The position numbers and the translations under genes were made by a program. The notes below the pieces were generated by a model. The model saw only the letters and a list, made by a program, of their open reading frames with translations. It ran no database searches and was not told the DNA's origin. Shown piece by piece: positions 38,278-51,625 of a DNA stretch of 64,000 bases. The first letter of the stretch is position 1. Each line of letters opens with the position of its first letter. Origin of the DNA: an uncultured Candidatus Rokubacteria bacterium (lineage in GTDB: Bacteria; Methylomirabilota; Methylomirabilia; Rokubacteriales; DASRDR01); assembly GCA_963805625.1 (NCBI GenBank), contig CAWDVE010000010.1, positions 1,184,001 through 1,248,000 on the forward strand, given 5' to 3'.

Positions 38278-39017
38278 CGGCCGGACTCCCGGTAGCGGTA
38301 TCCCACGCCCCGGACGGTCTCGATGGCAGGCTCCGGAAGACGAGCCGCCACGAACTTCGCGCGGAGGCGCGCGAGGTGCACGTCGACCGTCCGGGGCTCG
38401 ACGAAGCCGTCCCGACCCCACACGAGGTCCAGGAGCTCGTCCCGCCCGTAGACCCGGCCCGGTTCGGCGGCCAGCGTCGCGAGCAGCTCGAACTCCTTCG
38501 GGGTGAGCCCCACCGGGCGTCCGCCCACCGTGACCTCGAACCGCTGCCGGTCCACCACGAGGTCGCCGACCTTGATGCGGTGGCGGCGCTCCTCGATCTC
38601 CGGCGGCCGGGTCCTCCGGACGACGGCGCGCACGCGGGCGACCAGCTCGCGGGTCGAGAAGGGCTTCGTCACGTAGTCGTCGGCCCCCAGCTCGAAGCCG
38701 AGCACCTTGTCGCCTTCCTCGGATCGGGCGGTGAGCATGATGACGGGCACGGCGCGCGTGGCGGGGTCCTGCTTGAGCCTCCGGCATAGCTCCCACCCGT
38801 TCACCTGGGGGAGCATGAGGTCGAGCAGCACCAGGTCGGGCCGGCCCTCCTGCGCCTGACGGAGCGCATCGGCGCCGTTCGCCGCGACGACGACCTCGAA
38901 CCCTTCTCGGGCCAGTGTGTACCGGATCAGCTCGGCGACATCCCGCTCGTCCTCGGCCACCAGCACGCGGGCTGCAGGACGGCGGCTCGGTCCGTCAGCC
39001 GGCCGTCGCGCGGTCAT
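38274..39017 (-). CDS. phoB: PhoB-like response regulator (no adjacent kinase, upstream of pstS)
   Basis: VLVAEDE, LDLMLP, PVIMLTARSEE, GADDYVTKPFS, RTVDVHLARLRAK, TVRGVGY. Confidence 0.75.
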   Translation of the reverse strand: MTARRPADGPSRRPAARVLVAEDERDVAELIRYTLAREGFEVVVAANGADALRQAQEGRPDLVLLDLMLPQVNGWELCRRLKQDPATRAVPVIMLTARSEEGDKVLGFELGADDYVTKPFSTRELVARVRAVVRRTRPPEIEERRHRIKVGDLVVDRQRFEVTVGGRPVGLTPKEFELLATLAAEPGRVYGRDELLDLVWGRDGFVEPRTVDVHLARLRAKFVAARLPEPAIETVRGVGYRYRESGR

Positions 39018-39027
39018 CTCGCTCGTA

Positions 39028-39399
39028 TCACCCGTGATCCGCATCCGTGAGCGAGTCTCGCGTCTCGGCGTTGCGCCCGAATGACGGCAAGGTAAATTCT
39101 GGGTGACCTCCTGCCCGCGACCGCCCGGGAATGTCCCGCGGTCGCTGCCGACCGACGGTCGCCCCATCCGGGCCGAGGCGGCGGGGCCATCTAACGCGCA
39201 CGGAGACGTGATTGACCCGGACCTTCTGGGTGAACGTGATCTCGATCACCAGGAAATCGGTGGGGTGCACCGTGACGGTCTCGTGCCCCGTCAGGACGCC
39301 GAGCTCGCCCATCAGGAGGCCCTGAGCGAGCTGCGCAAGATAGAAGGCCGCGGCGTCGCGACGGGCTCGGCCCCGGAACTGGGACGGGATGGATACCAC
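39028..39399 (-). CDS. Amphi-Trp domain-containing protein
   Basis: AAFYLAQLAQGLLMGEL..VHP..VIEI..VSVRVRW pattern (amphipathic helix followed by conserved Trp). Confidence 0.6.
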   Translation of the reverse strand: MVSIPSQFRGRARRDAAAFYLAQLAQGLLMGELGVLTGHETVTVHPTDFLVIEITFTQKVRVNHVSVRVRWPRRLGPDGATVGRQRPRDIPGRSRAGGHPEFTLPSFGRNAETRDSLTDADHG

Positions 39400-39422
39400 C
39401 GGTCCACCTTGGTTCCGGATGT

Positions 39423-39501
39423 ATTACCCACCCATTACGCGATCCCCAAGTTTCCGCGACGGTGGACAACATGGTGGATATCGGCGTCACGAAAACGTAA
39501 T
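39423..39501. promoter_or_regulatory. Two Pho-box-like pairs in the divergent amphi-Trp/phoB versus ppx spacer
   Basis: Minus strand GTAAT-N6-GTAAT (39423-39438). Plus strand GTCAC-N6-GTAAT (39486-39501). Confidence 0.5.
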
Positions 39502-39593
39502 GGAAACGGCCTCCTGGGCCGCCGTACCCTCGGGCGGTGCCCCCGCCGGGCGGGAGTTGTCGCGGCGACGCCGGCCGGGTAGCATCGAGGTCC

Positions 39594-40514
39594 GTGGCTG
39601 GCGATCTGGTCGCCCTCGTAGAGCTGGGCTCAAACGCGGTTCGCCTGTTGGTGGCGCGACTGGGACCCGGCGTGGGGTTCGAGGTGCTCGAGGAAAAGCG
39701 GGTTCAGACGCGGCTCGGAAGCGGCCGCCCTGGCGTGCTCCAGGCCGATTCGATCGCGCGGACCGTCGCCGCGGTGCACCAGTTCCTCGCCCGGGCCCGC
39801 CGCGACCGGGATCCGCGGGTCATCGCCGTCGCGACGGCCGCCGTGCGGGACGCCTCGAACCGCGAGCGTCTCCTAGGCCCGCTCCGGCGAAGGGACGGCG
39901 TCGAGGTCCGGATCCTCAGCGGGCGCGAGGAGGCGCTACTCGGCGCCCTCGCCGTGCAGTCGAGCCTCCATCTAGAGGACGGGCTGGTCGCCGACCTCGG
40001 CGGCGGCAGTCTCCAGCTGACGCGCCTTCGCAAGGGACACGTGGCCTCGACCTCCGCGGTGCCGATCGGCGCGGTGCGGATGACCCAGCGGTACCTGCGG
40101 GGCGACCCGCCCGTCCCTCGCGAGCTCCGAGATCTCCGGACCGAGGTGCGCACCCGCCTCGCCAAGGCCCTCCCGCCGGCGGAGCGGGGCGAGGAGATCG
40201 TCGCGCTCGGGGGCACCGTGCGGACGCTGGGGCGCATCCACCTCGCCGCCCGGGGAGAGGAGCACCGGTCGCGTCACGGCCTCCGGCTCCAACAGCCGGA
40301 CATCGCGCGAATCCGTGTCCGGCTCGAGTCCTTGCCGCTCCGGAAGCGGCGTCAGGTGCCGGGGCTCCGGGCGGAGCGGGCGGACATCATCGTGGCCGGC
40401 GCGATCGTGATCGAGGAGCTCATGACGTTCGGCGGCTACTACGGCTTGACCATCTGCAAGCAGGGCGTGCGCGACGCCCTGCTGCTTCGCGAGACATTCG
40501 CCGAAGAGGGTTGA
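39594..40514 (+). CDS. ppx: Exopolyphosphatase Ppx/GppA (short form, no HD domain)
   Basis: ELGSNAVRL, ATAAVRDASN, ILSGREEA, DLGGGSLQL, GGTVR, RADIIVAG. Confidence 0.9.
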   Translation: MAGDLVALVELGSNAVRLLVARLGPGVGFEVLEEKRVQTRLGSGRPGVLQADSIARTVAAVHQFLARARRDRDPRVIAVATAAVRDASNRERLLGPLRRRDGVEVRILSGREEALLGALAVQSSLHLEDGLVADLGGGSLQLTRLRKGHVASTSAVPIGAVRMTQRYLRGDPPVPRELRDLRTEVRTRLAKALPPAERGEEIVALGGTVRTLGRIHLAARGEEHRSRHGLRLQQPDIARIRVRLESLPLRKRRQVPGLRAERADIIVAGAIVIEELMTFGGYYGLTICKQGVRDALLLRETFAEEG

Positions 40515-40519
40515 GGGAC

Positions 40520-42574
<2,055 letters not shown>

Positions 42575-42654
42575 ACGCAGTGCCGGGTAACCTCGCCGCC
42601 GAACAGGCGGCCGAGCGTCATCGACTTGTAACACTCAGGGACTAGGCTGCTCGT

Positions 42655-42873
42655 GTGGACGCGCTCCCCGGGATGCTGCGCGAGCTGGCCCTCTACGGTC
42701 TCGTGGTCCTGGCCTTCCTCGGGCCGATCGAGGCGTTCCTGCGCTTCCGTCTCCGGCAAGCGACACACCGAGGTGACCCGCGCGGCTATCTGGCCGTGGC
42801 CGATCCCTGGGTGACCGTGGTCATTGCGCTCGCCGGAGCCGGCGCCATGATCCTGGTCAGCGCCCTGTCCTGA
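42655..42873 (+). CDS. Small two-TM hypothetical protein
   Basis: Two hydrophobic helices. Preceded by GTCAT-N6-GTAAC at 42617-42632. Confidence 0.5.
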   Translation: MDALPGMLRELALYGLVVLAFLGPIEAFLRFRLRQATHRGDPRGYLAVADPWVTVVIALAGAGAMILVSALS

Positions 42874-43047
42874 TCGCCCGTCGTTCTCGTCGTCGCGCCG
42901 CCCGGATCCGGTAGCCGAGATGTGACCTTCCCGTCATCCTGCCTCAACGCGCCGTCGGTACGGTTCGGTGCGGACACGGCCCGTCGAGCGAACGGCCCGG
43001 CGACGCGGAAACCGGCACGAGCGCCCGAACGAGGGCAGGAGGACGGC

Positions 43048-43662
43048 GTGAGCGAGACGAACATCGTGACCGAATTCCGCTGGATCGAGGCGGGAGCGGG
43101 CATTCCGGTGCTGTGCCTACACGGCCTGTTCGGCGCGAGCGAGCACTGGGAGACGACCGTGGAGACCTTGGCGCCCCGCTGCCGGGCGATGGCGCTGACC
43201 TTGCCCATCTTCGAGACACCCTCGGATGACCTCTCGGTGATGGGTCTCCGAGCCTACGTCGAAGCGTTCATGGATGCCGAGCGTGTGCCCCCCGCCGTCG
43301 TCGTCGGCAGTTCGCTGGCCGGCCACGTCGCGCTCGACCTCGCCCTTCACGCGCCCGAGCGCGTCCGGGGACTCGTGCTCTCGTGGTCGTCGGGTCTGTT
43401 CGAACATGGCTTCGGCCGGATGGAGACCTTCGAGGAGCGGCTCAACGAGATCCACTGCCCGACCCTGCTCGTATGGAGGACCGATGACCGAACAACACCC
43501 CGCAACATCACCATCCGAATGCTCGAGCGTATCCGGTCAGTCACGCTCCGGCTCGTGCCCGAATGTGGTCGCGCACCGACCCTCGAGCGGCCGGACGCGC
43601 TCGCTCGTGCTCTGGATGAGTTCCTTGACTCGCTCGTCCCCGAGGCCGCCGGCGTGTCCTGA
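43048..43662 (+). CDS. Alpha/beta hydrolase, shortened and probably catalytically degenerate
   Basis: LHGLFG and GSSLAGH elbow present, cap domain missing, CGRAP where the catalytic CGHAP is expected. AGGAGG RBS. Confidence 0.6.
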   Translation: MSETNIVTEFRWIEAGAGIPVLCLHGLFGASEHWETTVETLAPRCRAMALTLPIFETPSDDLSVMGLRAYVEAFMDAERVPPAVVVGSSLAGHVALDLALHAPERVRGLVLSWSSGLFEHGFGRMETFEERLNEIHCPTLLVWRTDDRTTPRNITIRMLERIRSVTLRLVPECGRAPTLERPDALARALDEFLDSLVPEAAGVS

Positions 43663-43718
43663 GTGTCGTCGACCGGAAACAGCCATGATCTCGACTCGCC
43701 AGACCAGAGCGCAGGTGG

Positions 43719-45385
<1,667 letters not shown>

Positions 45386-45389
<4 letters not shown>

Positions 45390-46549
45390 GCGCGGGGCGC
45401 CTCCGCCCCGGCGGCGGCCGCCGCTTCCAGGCGCTCGAGGCTGAACGGGGCGAGCGCCGCCGGGGCCGCGCCGCTCACGATCCACTCCGCCAGGTGGTGC
45501 GCGGTGGCAGGGGCGAGGAGGACGCCGTTGCGGAAGTGCCCGGTGGCGACGTAGAGCCCCCGCGTGGCGGTCCGGCCGATCACGGGCAGGTGGTCGCGCA
45601 CCGCGGGCCGGAAGCCCACCGACAGCTCGGTCACGGCGAGATCGTAGACACCCGGGACGAGCCGCCACGCCTCCCGCAGAAGGTCGAGAACAGCCCCGGC
45701 TGTCGGGAGCGCGTCGAGCCCTTGCTCCTCCATCGTCGCCCCGACGAGCATCTCCCCTCCCCGCCGCGGAACCAGGTACACGTCGGGCGAGCGAACGACG
45801 TGGCGGACCAGCTCCGGCCCGGCGAGGCGCACGATCTGGCCCTTGACCGGCCGCAGCCCGAGCTCGGGCACCGGCCCGAGGACGTCCTCGCTCCAGACCC
45901 CGCCGGCCAGGACGACGGCCTCGGCCCGCACGCGGAAGGCGATCTCCCCGGCCACCCCGGAGACGGCCTCGACCTGCCCCGCGGCGTGCTCGATCCGGGT
46001 CGCCCGGCAGCCGACAGCTACCCGACCCCCGAGTGCCGTGAGCGCCGCTCCGAGGGCCCGCACGAGGGCGCGCGGATCGACCTGGTGGTCCCCCTCGGCG
46101 AGGAGTGCCGCGACGATCCGGCCGGACAGATGCGGCTCCCTCGCCTGCGCCTCCTCCACCGTCAGCCGTCGCGCCGCAAGCCCCTTGGCGCGCTGCATGG
46201 AGAACAGCCGCTCGAGGTCGGCGGCCTGGTCTCGATTGAGCGCGACCCACAGCGTCCCCTCGGTCCGGTAGCCGCACGACTGGCCGGTCAGGCCCTCGAT
46301 CCCGGCAACGAATCCGGGATAGCGCCCGAGGCTGTCGAGCTCGAGCGCGACGAGGGCCCGGTCCGTGAGGTCGGCCTCGGAGGTCGGCGCGAGCATGCCT
46401 GCCGCCGCACGCGTCGCGACGCCCGGGGCGTCGTCCCGATCCAGGACGAGCACCTCGCGGCCACGCCGCGCCAGCTCGTACGCCACCGAGAGGCCGACGA
46501 CGCCTCCGCCGATGACGACCGCCTCGCTCCGAGAGGGCAGCTCGCTCAC
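45386..46549 (-). CDS. thiO: Glycine oxidase ThiO
   Basis: IGGGVVG, AAAGMLAP, PVKGQ, YLVPR, GATMEE, GFRP, ATGHFRNGVLLAP. Confidence 0.93.
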
Positions 46550-46554
46550 TGGCG

Positions 46555-46600
46555 ACCGTGGCTCCGCCGGAGTTGATCGGACGGCCTTCGGCCTGTGGCC
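46555..46600. repeat. Intergenic repeat element, copy B
   Basis: accgtggctccgccggagttgatcggacggccttcggcctgtggcc between thiE and thiO. Matches 27812-27881. Confidence 0.75.
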
Positions 46601-46602
46601 GC

Positions 46603-47253
46603 TCACGCCGCCCGCGTCCCCAGCCACGCGTCGATCGCCTCGCGGAACTCGCGCGCCGCCGCCGCCGGGTCGGCCTGGCACACGACGGCCGAGATCACCG
46701 CCACGCCGTGTGCCCCGGCCTCGAGCAGGGCGCGCACGCGATCTGCCGTGACGCTGCCGATCGCGATCACGGGCTTCTCCACCGCCCGGACGATGGCCCG
46801 GAAGCCGTCGAGCCCGAGGGGCGGCGCGGGGTTCGCCTTGGACCGGGTCCCGAAGACCGGGCCGACGCCAAGGTAGTCGACGTCGGTGGCCGCGACCCGC
46901 AGCGCCTCCTCGAGGCTGTTCGCCGTGCCGCCGATCAGGGTGTGCGGCCCCAGGACGCGACGGGCCGTCCCCACGTCCAGGTCGTCCCGGCCGAGGTGAA
47001 CCGCACGGACGCCGGCCGCCATCGCCACGTCGACGCGATCGTCCACGACCAGGCAGACGCCGGCCCCGTCGAGAGCGCGCCGCATGGCGCCGGCGATCTC
47101 GATCAGCGCCCGGGTCGTCGACGGCCGCTTCTCGCGGAACTGGACCGCGTCCGCCCCGCCGGCGGCCGCAAGGCGAGCCAGCTCGATGTGGGAGAAGCGG
47201 TCCTGAAGGGCCGTGTCGGTGATGACGTGAAAACGGCCGACCGGCGCCTTCAC
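46603..47253 (-). CDS. thiE: Thiamine-phosphate synthase
   Basis: VQFREK, VDDRVD, VHLGRDD, DYLGVGPVFGTRSK, VIAIG, GVAVISA. Confidence 0.9.
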   Translation of the reverse strand: MKAPVGRFHVITDTALQDRFSHIELARLAAAGGADAVQFREKRPSTTRALIEIAGAMRRALDGAGVCLVVDDRVDVAMAAGVRAVHLGRDDLDVGTARRVLGPHTLIGGTANSLEEALRVAATDVDYLGVGPVFGTRSKANPAPPLGLDGFRAIVRAVEKPVIAIGSVTADRVRALLEAGAHGVAVISAVVCQADPAAAAREFREAIDAWLGTRAA

Positions 47254-48095
47254 CGGGGACCCCCGGGACCCGCCAGCCGCGCAACCCAGGGCTCGCACTC
47301 GCCCGGGCACCGCAGGTAGAAGAAGTGGTCGGTCGGGCCGATCCCCTGCCCGATCGGCAGTCCCGCACGGATCGCCTCGGTGACGTACGCCTTCGCCCGG
47401 CCGATCGCGTCCTCGAGGGCGCGTCCGTGGGCGAGCTGGGTCGCGATCGCCGCCGAGTAGGTGCAGCCGGTGCCGTGGGTGTGGCGCGCCTCGACGCGCT
47501 CGCCCGGGAAGACCCGCACGCCCTCGCGCGTGACGAGGACGTCCGTCGCCGGTCGTTCCTCGAGATGTCCGCCCTTGACGAGCACCGCCCGGGCGCCCGC
47601 CTCGACCAGCAGGCGCCCCGCGGCCTCCGCCTGGGCCAGCGTGCGTACCTCTCGCCCCGTGAGCGCCTGCGCCTCGTGCACGTTCGGCGTGACGAGCGTC
47701 GCCAGCGGGAGGAGCAGCTCGCCGAGCGCCGAGACCGCGTCGGAATGGAGAAGGGGGAAACCCGTCTTCGAGATCATCACCGGATCGAGGACGTAGTGCG
47801 GCGGCCGATGATCTCGCAGCGCCTTGGCGACCGTCTGGATCACCCGGGCGGAGGCCAGCATGCCCGTCTTGACCGCGCCGACCTGGAGGTCGCCGAAGAC
47901 CGCGTCCACCTGGGCCCGGATCAGGTCGAGGTCGACCTCGGCCGCGGCGGTCACACCCCGGGTGTTCTGGGCGGTGATCGCGGTGATCGCGGACGCGCCG
48001 TAGCCGCCGTTCGCGGAGATGGCCTTCAGGTCGGCCTGGATGCCCGCGCCCGCCGAGGAGTCAGAGCCCGCAATGGTCAGGACAACCGGGATCAT
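47250..48095 (-). CDS. thiD: HMP/HMP-P kinase
   Basis: LTIAGSDSSAGAGIQADLK, TAQNT, KTGML, DPVM, TPN..EA, KGGH, THGTGCT. Confidence 0.96.
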   Translation of the reverse strand: MIPVVLTIAGSDSSAGAGIQADLKAISANGGYGASAITAITAQNTRGVTAAAEVDLDLIRAQVDAVFGDLQVGAVKTGMLASARVIQTVAKALRDHRPPHYVLDPVMISKTGFPLLHSDAVSALGELLLPLATLVTPNVHEAQALTGREVRTLAQAEAAGRLLVEAGARAVLVKGGHLEERPATDVLVTREGVRVFPGERVEARHTHGTGCTYSAAIATQLAHGRALEDAIGRAKAYVTEAIRAGLPIGQGIGPTDHFFYLRCPGECEPWVARLAGPGGPR

Positions 48096-48100
48096 GTGCG

Positions 48101-48182
48101 CTCCCTACGCCGGCATTACCCGGGTCAGGTTCAACGGGTATGTTCTCAGGCTCGGCCGCACGGACCGAACCACCCCGGTGAG
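48101..48182 (-). ncRNA. TPP riboswitch (THI box)
   Basis: Minus strand GGGGTG...CTGAGA.CATACCC.TTGAACCTGACCCGGGTAATGCCGGCGTAGGGAG. The terminal GGGAG doubles as the thiD RBS. Confidence 0.93.
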
Positions 48183-48333
48183 ACAATTCGATGATAGCGC
48201 AGGATCGGGTGTTTGCAAGGATGCGGCCGAGGAAGCTCCCGCCTGTCGCCGAAGTGTGACGGCCGGGTCATTTCCCCGCAACACCCGAGCCGTAGCCTCC
48301 AGGCCGATCGAATACATTCGACAGGAGGCAGGC

Positions 48334-49343
48334 ATGAGTCAACCGGACGACACCTTCTCGAACCCCACGTCGGGCCCCTCGCTGGAGGACGTTCTCGCGA
48401 TCCGCTACTCGCGTCGCCAGGTGCTGACGGGTGGCCTCGTGGCGGCGGGAGCGGTGCTCCTGGGCGGAGGGGGCGGCCCCCGGACGGCCCGGGCGGCGAG
48501 TGACCTCCTCGGCTTCCGGGGACGACCACGAGGTGACGAACAACTGGTTCCACGAGCGCGTGCTCGAGGACGACCGCTACACGGTGAAGAGCGCGGGGCT
48601 CCTCTCAGCCAGGGCGAAACGAGCCATGTTCGACTTCACGCCGCTCGTGGGCAGCAGGGCCGAGAGCGACCGCGTGTATCGGCGGATCCGGCGCGGGCCG
48701 AACCTCGACCTCTTCATGCTCGACATGCGGAGCTACCGCGGCCCGAACACCGAGAATCGGGAAACCGTGCTGACCGACGGCGCGCGCATCCTCGGGCGGG
48801 AGCAGGCCGTCTGGCTCAAGCGCGAGCTCCTCGCCTCCCGGGCGACGTGGAAGGTGATCGCCGCCGACATGCCGCTCGGTCTGGTCGTCTACCACGACGC
48901 GGGCAAGAAGTGGGGATCGGAGGCCGTCGCCCAGGGCGAACGGCCCGGCGCTCGGCCGGGAGCTCGAGATCGCCGATCTGCTCCGCTTCGTCAAGCACAA
49001 TGAGATCCGTAACGTCGTGTGGATCACTGCCGACGTCCACTACTGCGCCACGCACCTCTACGAGCCCGGCCGCGCGCAGTTCACGGACTTCGAGCCGTTC
49101 TACGAGTTCGTCTCGGGCCCGCTCCACGCCGGCGGCTTCGGCCCGAACGAGCTCGACGACACCTTCGGTCCCCGCGTGGTCTTCACGAAGAACCCCGCGG
49201 GCCTCGTCAATGCCGCTCCGACCGAAGGGGGGCTCTACTTCGGTCATGTCCGGATCGACGGCAAGAGCGGGGTCATGACGGTCAGCCACCGGGATCTGGC
49301 GGGCACGGTCCTCCACTCGATCGACCTGTCTCCCATAGGCTAG
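48334..49343 (+). pseudogene. phoD: PhoX-like N-terminus fused out of frame to the C-terminal half of a PhoD alkaline phosphatase
   Basis: Tat leader (NPT..LEDVL..SRRQVL..LLGF), then DDHEVTNNW, LDMRSYR, WKVIAAD, WITADVHY, EFVSGPLHAG. Frameshifts near 48520 and 48940. Confidence 0.75.
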
Positions 49344-49415
49344 CGCCCCGCCCGTGAAGGCCAGGCTCCCACGCGCTCGAGGCCGGGGCGCGTGGGGGCA
49401 TCCCGCTCCGGACGT

Positions 49416-49865
49416 CTAGCCCCGAATCGAGAGCGCTCCTTCGCGGCTGGCGGGGCTGAGCGCCCGCACGAGGCACTCGGCACCCGCCAGGTTCGTCGCG
49501 AGCGCCACGTTGTGCACGTCCGCAACGCGCAGGAGCGCCGCGATGTCGGGTTCGTGTGGGTGCGCCGTCAGAGGATCGCGGAGGAAGATCAGGGCGTCGA
49601 TCTCTCCGGCCGCCATCTCGGCGCCGATCTGGACGTCACCTCCGCGGGGACCTGCAAGCACCGTCCGCACACGTAGGCCGGTCGCGTCGCGGATCGCCTC
49701 ACCGGTCGAGGCCGTGGCCAAGAGCTCCCAGTCCTTGAAGTGGGCTCGGTGCCGCTGGACGAAGGCGACCAGCGCGGTCTTCTTGGCGTCGTGGGCCACC
49801 AGAGCAACCCGCCATCGGCGCGGGCTCCAGTCATCGCTCAGCATCGTTCTCGTCTCCTCTTGCAT
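49416..49865 (-). CDS. mgsA: Methylglyoxal synthase
   Basis: ALVAHDAKK, ATASTG, GPRGGDVQIG, DPLTAHPHEPDI.ALLR, ATN. Confidence 0.93.
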   Translation of the reverse strand: MQEETRTMLSDDWSPRRWRVALVAHDAKKTALVAFVQRHRAHFKDWELLATASTGEAIRDATGLRVRTVLAGPRGGDVQIGAEMAAGEIDALIFLRDPLTAHPHEPDIAALLRVADVHNVALATNLAGAECLVRALSPASREGALSIRG

Positions 49866-49992
49866 GGGTTCTCTCGCTCTCATTCGTGGAGGAGTCTAGG
49901 ACCGGGCCGTGACGCCGGCATTACGCCCGGGTGAACTCCGGGAGACGGTCGGGGAGCCTCGGTCCGTGGTAGGGTCTCGCGGGGACGGCGCG

Positions 49993-50997
49993 ATGAACAC
50001 GGGAACCAGCCCCTCGATCAGCGTGGTCATGCCCGTGCACAACGGGGGCGCCCACCTCGACGCGGCCATCGGCAGCGTCGTCGGCCAGACGTGGCGAGAC
50101 TTCGAGTTCGTCATTCTCGACGACGCCTCGACCGACGACACCCCGGCCATCCTCGAACGCTGGGTGGCACGAGATCCGCGCATCCGCCTCGCGCGGAGCC
50201 CAGCCCGGGAGGGATGGGGCGGAAGCTCGGACCGGGTTGCGCGGCTGGCGACCGCCCCCGTGTGCGCGCGGATGGACGCGGACGATGTGGCGCACCCGGA
50301 GCGGCTGGCCCGCGAGTGGGCGGTCCTGCGTGATCACCCCGACGTCGTCCTGGTGGGAACGCTCTCGGAAGGCATCGATCGGGAGGGTCGCCGGGTTCGC
50401 CCCCGCGACCGGTGGGTGCTGCTGCGGCGTACCAGCCTTCCGCCCTTTCCCCACGGCACGATCATGTTCCGGCGCGCCGCGTTCCTGGAGATCGGAGGAT
50501 ATCGTCGGGACATCGAGGTCGGCGAGGACCTGGATCTCTGCCAGCGGATGTCACACCGAGGCCGGGTGGTCGTCCTCGTGGACGCGCTCTACCAGTACCG
50601 CTTCCACGCCGGATCCGCGACGCGTGAGTTCGTGGAGAACGGGACTGGACGCGTTCTCGACCAGATCGCCACTGCCCTGGACCGGTCACGAGGGGCGCCC
50701 GAAGGTCGCCCCGGTCACCCGGCCGGGCGCTCCGGCCGGGCGCGCGCGCGGGCCCTGTACTACGCCACCGCGTGCACCGTCTGGGCCGGCGACAGCCCCG
50801 GCGTGGCGCCGCTCCGCTCGCTCGCCCGGACGGGCTTCCTCACGCCCGGTGCGCTCAAGATCGGCCTCTTGGCCGGCAGCGCGCTCGGGAGCCCGGCCGC
50901 CGTCCGCGCGGCGATGGGATTCACCATCCGGGTGCGCGACCACCTCGCCGGCTGGCTGCTCGGGCCGCGTGCGATGGTCGACTGGCGGCCGCGATGA
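49993..50997 (+). CDS. Glycosyltransferase family 2
   Basis: SVVMPVHNG, ILDDASTD, ARMDADD, GGYR..EDLDL. Confidence 0.88.
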   Translation: MNTGTSPSISVVMPVHNGGAHLDAAIGSVVGQTWRDFEFVILDDASTDDTPAILERWVARDPRIRLARSPAREGWGGSSDRVARLATAPVCARMDADDVAHPERLAREWAVLRDHPDVVLVGTLSEGIDREGRRVRPRDRWVLLRRTSLPPFPHGTIMFRRAAFLEIGGYRRDIEVGEDLDLCQRMSHRGRVVVLVDALYQYRFHAGSATREFVENGTGRVLDQIATALDRSRGAPEGRPGHPAGRSGRARARALYYATACTVWAGDSPGVAPLRSLARTGFLTPGALKIGLLAGSALGSPAAVRAAMGFTIRVRDHLAGWLLGPRAMVDWRPR

Positions 50998-51024
50998 GGC
51001 TCGGGCGCGCCGAGCCTGCGCCAC

Positions 51025-51588
51025 TCAGCCCGAGGCGGCCCGACGGAAGCGGAACGCGTTCTCCAGCAGCGCTAGGTCCATGTGGAACCGGTCGGGACCG
51101 ACCGCCTCGACCTTTGCCACGATCGTCGTCATCTCGCCGGCGGCGAAGGCCTCGGCCACCCCCTCCATGAACTGGAAGAGCGTGTGGGCCTCCAGTACGC
51201 GCGGGCAGCCGGCGGCGCGCGCGACGGCGGCGAGGTCGGTCCGCCCCGACGCCGTGTGGGACACAAACCCCCCCGTGGAGAGCAGGCTCTCGTTGTCGAA
51301 GACGATGTGCGTCAGGTTCGCCGGCCGGTAACGGCCCAAGGTGGCCAGCCCGCCGAGGTTCATCAGCACCGAGCCGTCGCCGTCGAGGACGACCACGCCC
51401 GCCTCCGGCCGGTTCAGGGCCAGCCCGAGCCCGATGGAGGACGCGAGCCCCATCGCGTGCTGGAGATAGAAGAACGTCTCGCGATGCCCGAGGTCGTAGA
51501 GCTCCTGGGCCGTCGACCCCATGATCGTCACCACGAGCCGGTCGCCAAGCTCGGGATAGAGGGCGCCGAGACAGTCGGCCCGCTTCAT
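51025..51588 (-). CDS. TPP-dependent decarboxylase beta subunit (sulfopyruvate decarboxylase ComE/phosphonopyruvate decarboxylase-like)
   Basis: AMGLASSIGLG, LDGDGSVLMN, FDNE..STGG (TPP-binding motif). Confidence 0.8.
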   Translation of the reverse strand: MKRADCLGALYPELGDRLVVTIMGSTAQELYDLGHRETFFYLQHAMGLASSIGLGLALNRPEAGVVVLDGDGSVLMNLGGLATLGRYRPANLTHIVFDNESLLSTGGFVSHTASGRTDLAAVARAAGCPRVLEAHTLFQFMEGVAEAFAAGEMTTIVAKVEAVGPDRFHMDLALLENAFRFRRAASG

Positions 51589-51625
51589 CCGGGCGCCCGC
51601 CACCGAGGAGGCACGCGCACCGCTG

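Noticed and set aside
48308-48321. TCGAAT-AC-ATTCGA palindrome as a LexA box
   Set aside because: Spacing does not fit CGAAC-N4-GTTCG, it is a single copy, and it precedes a pseudogene.
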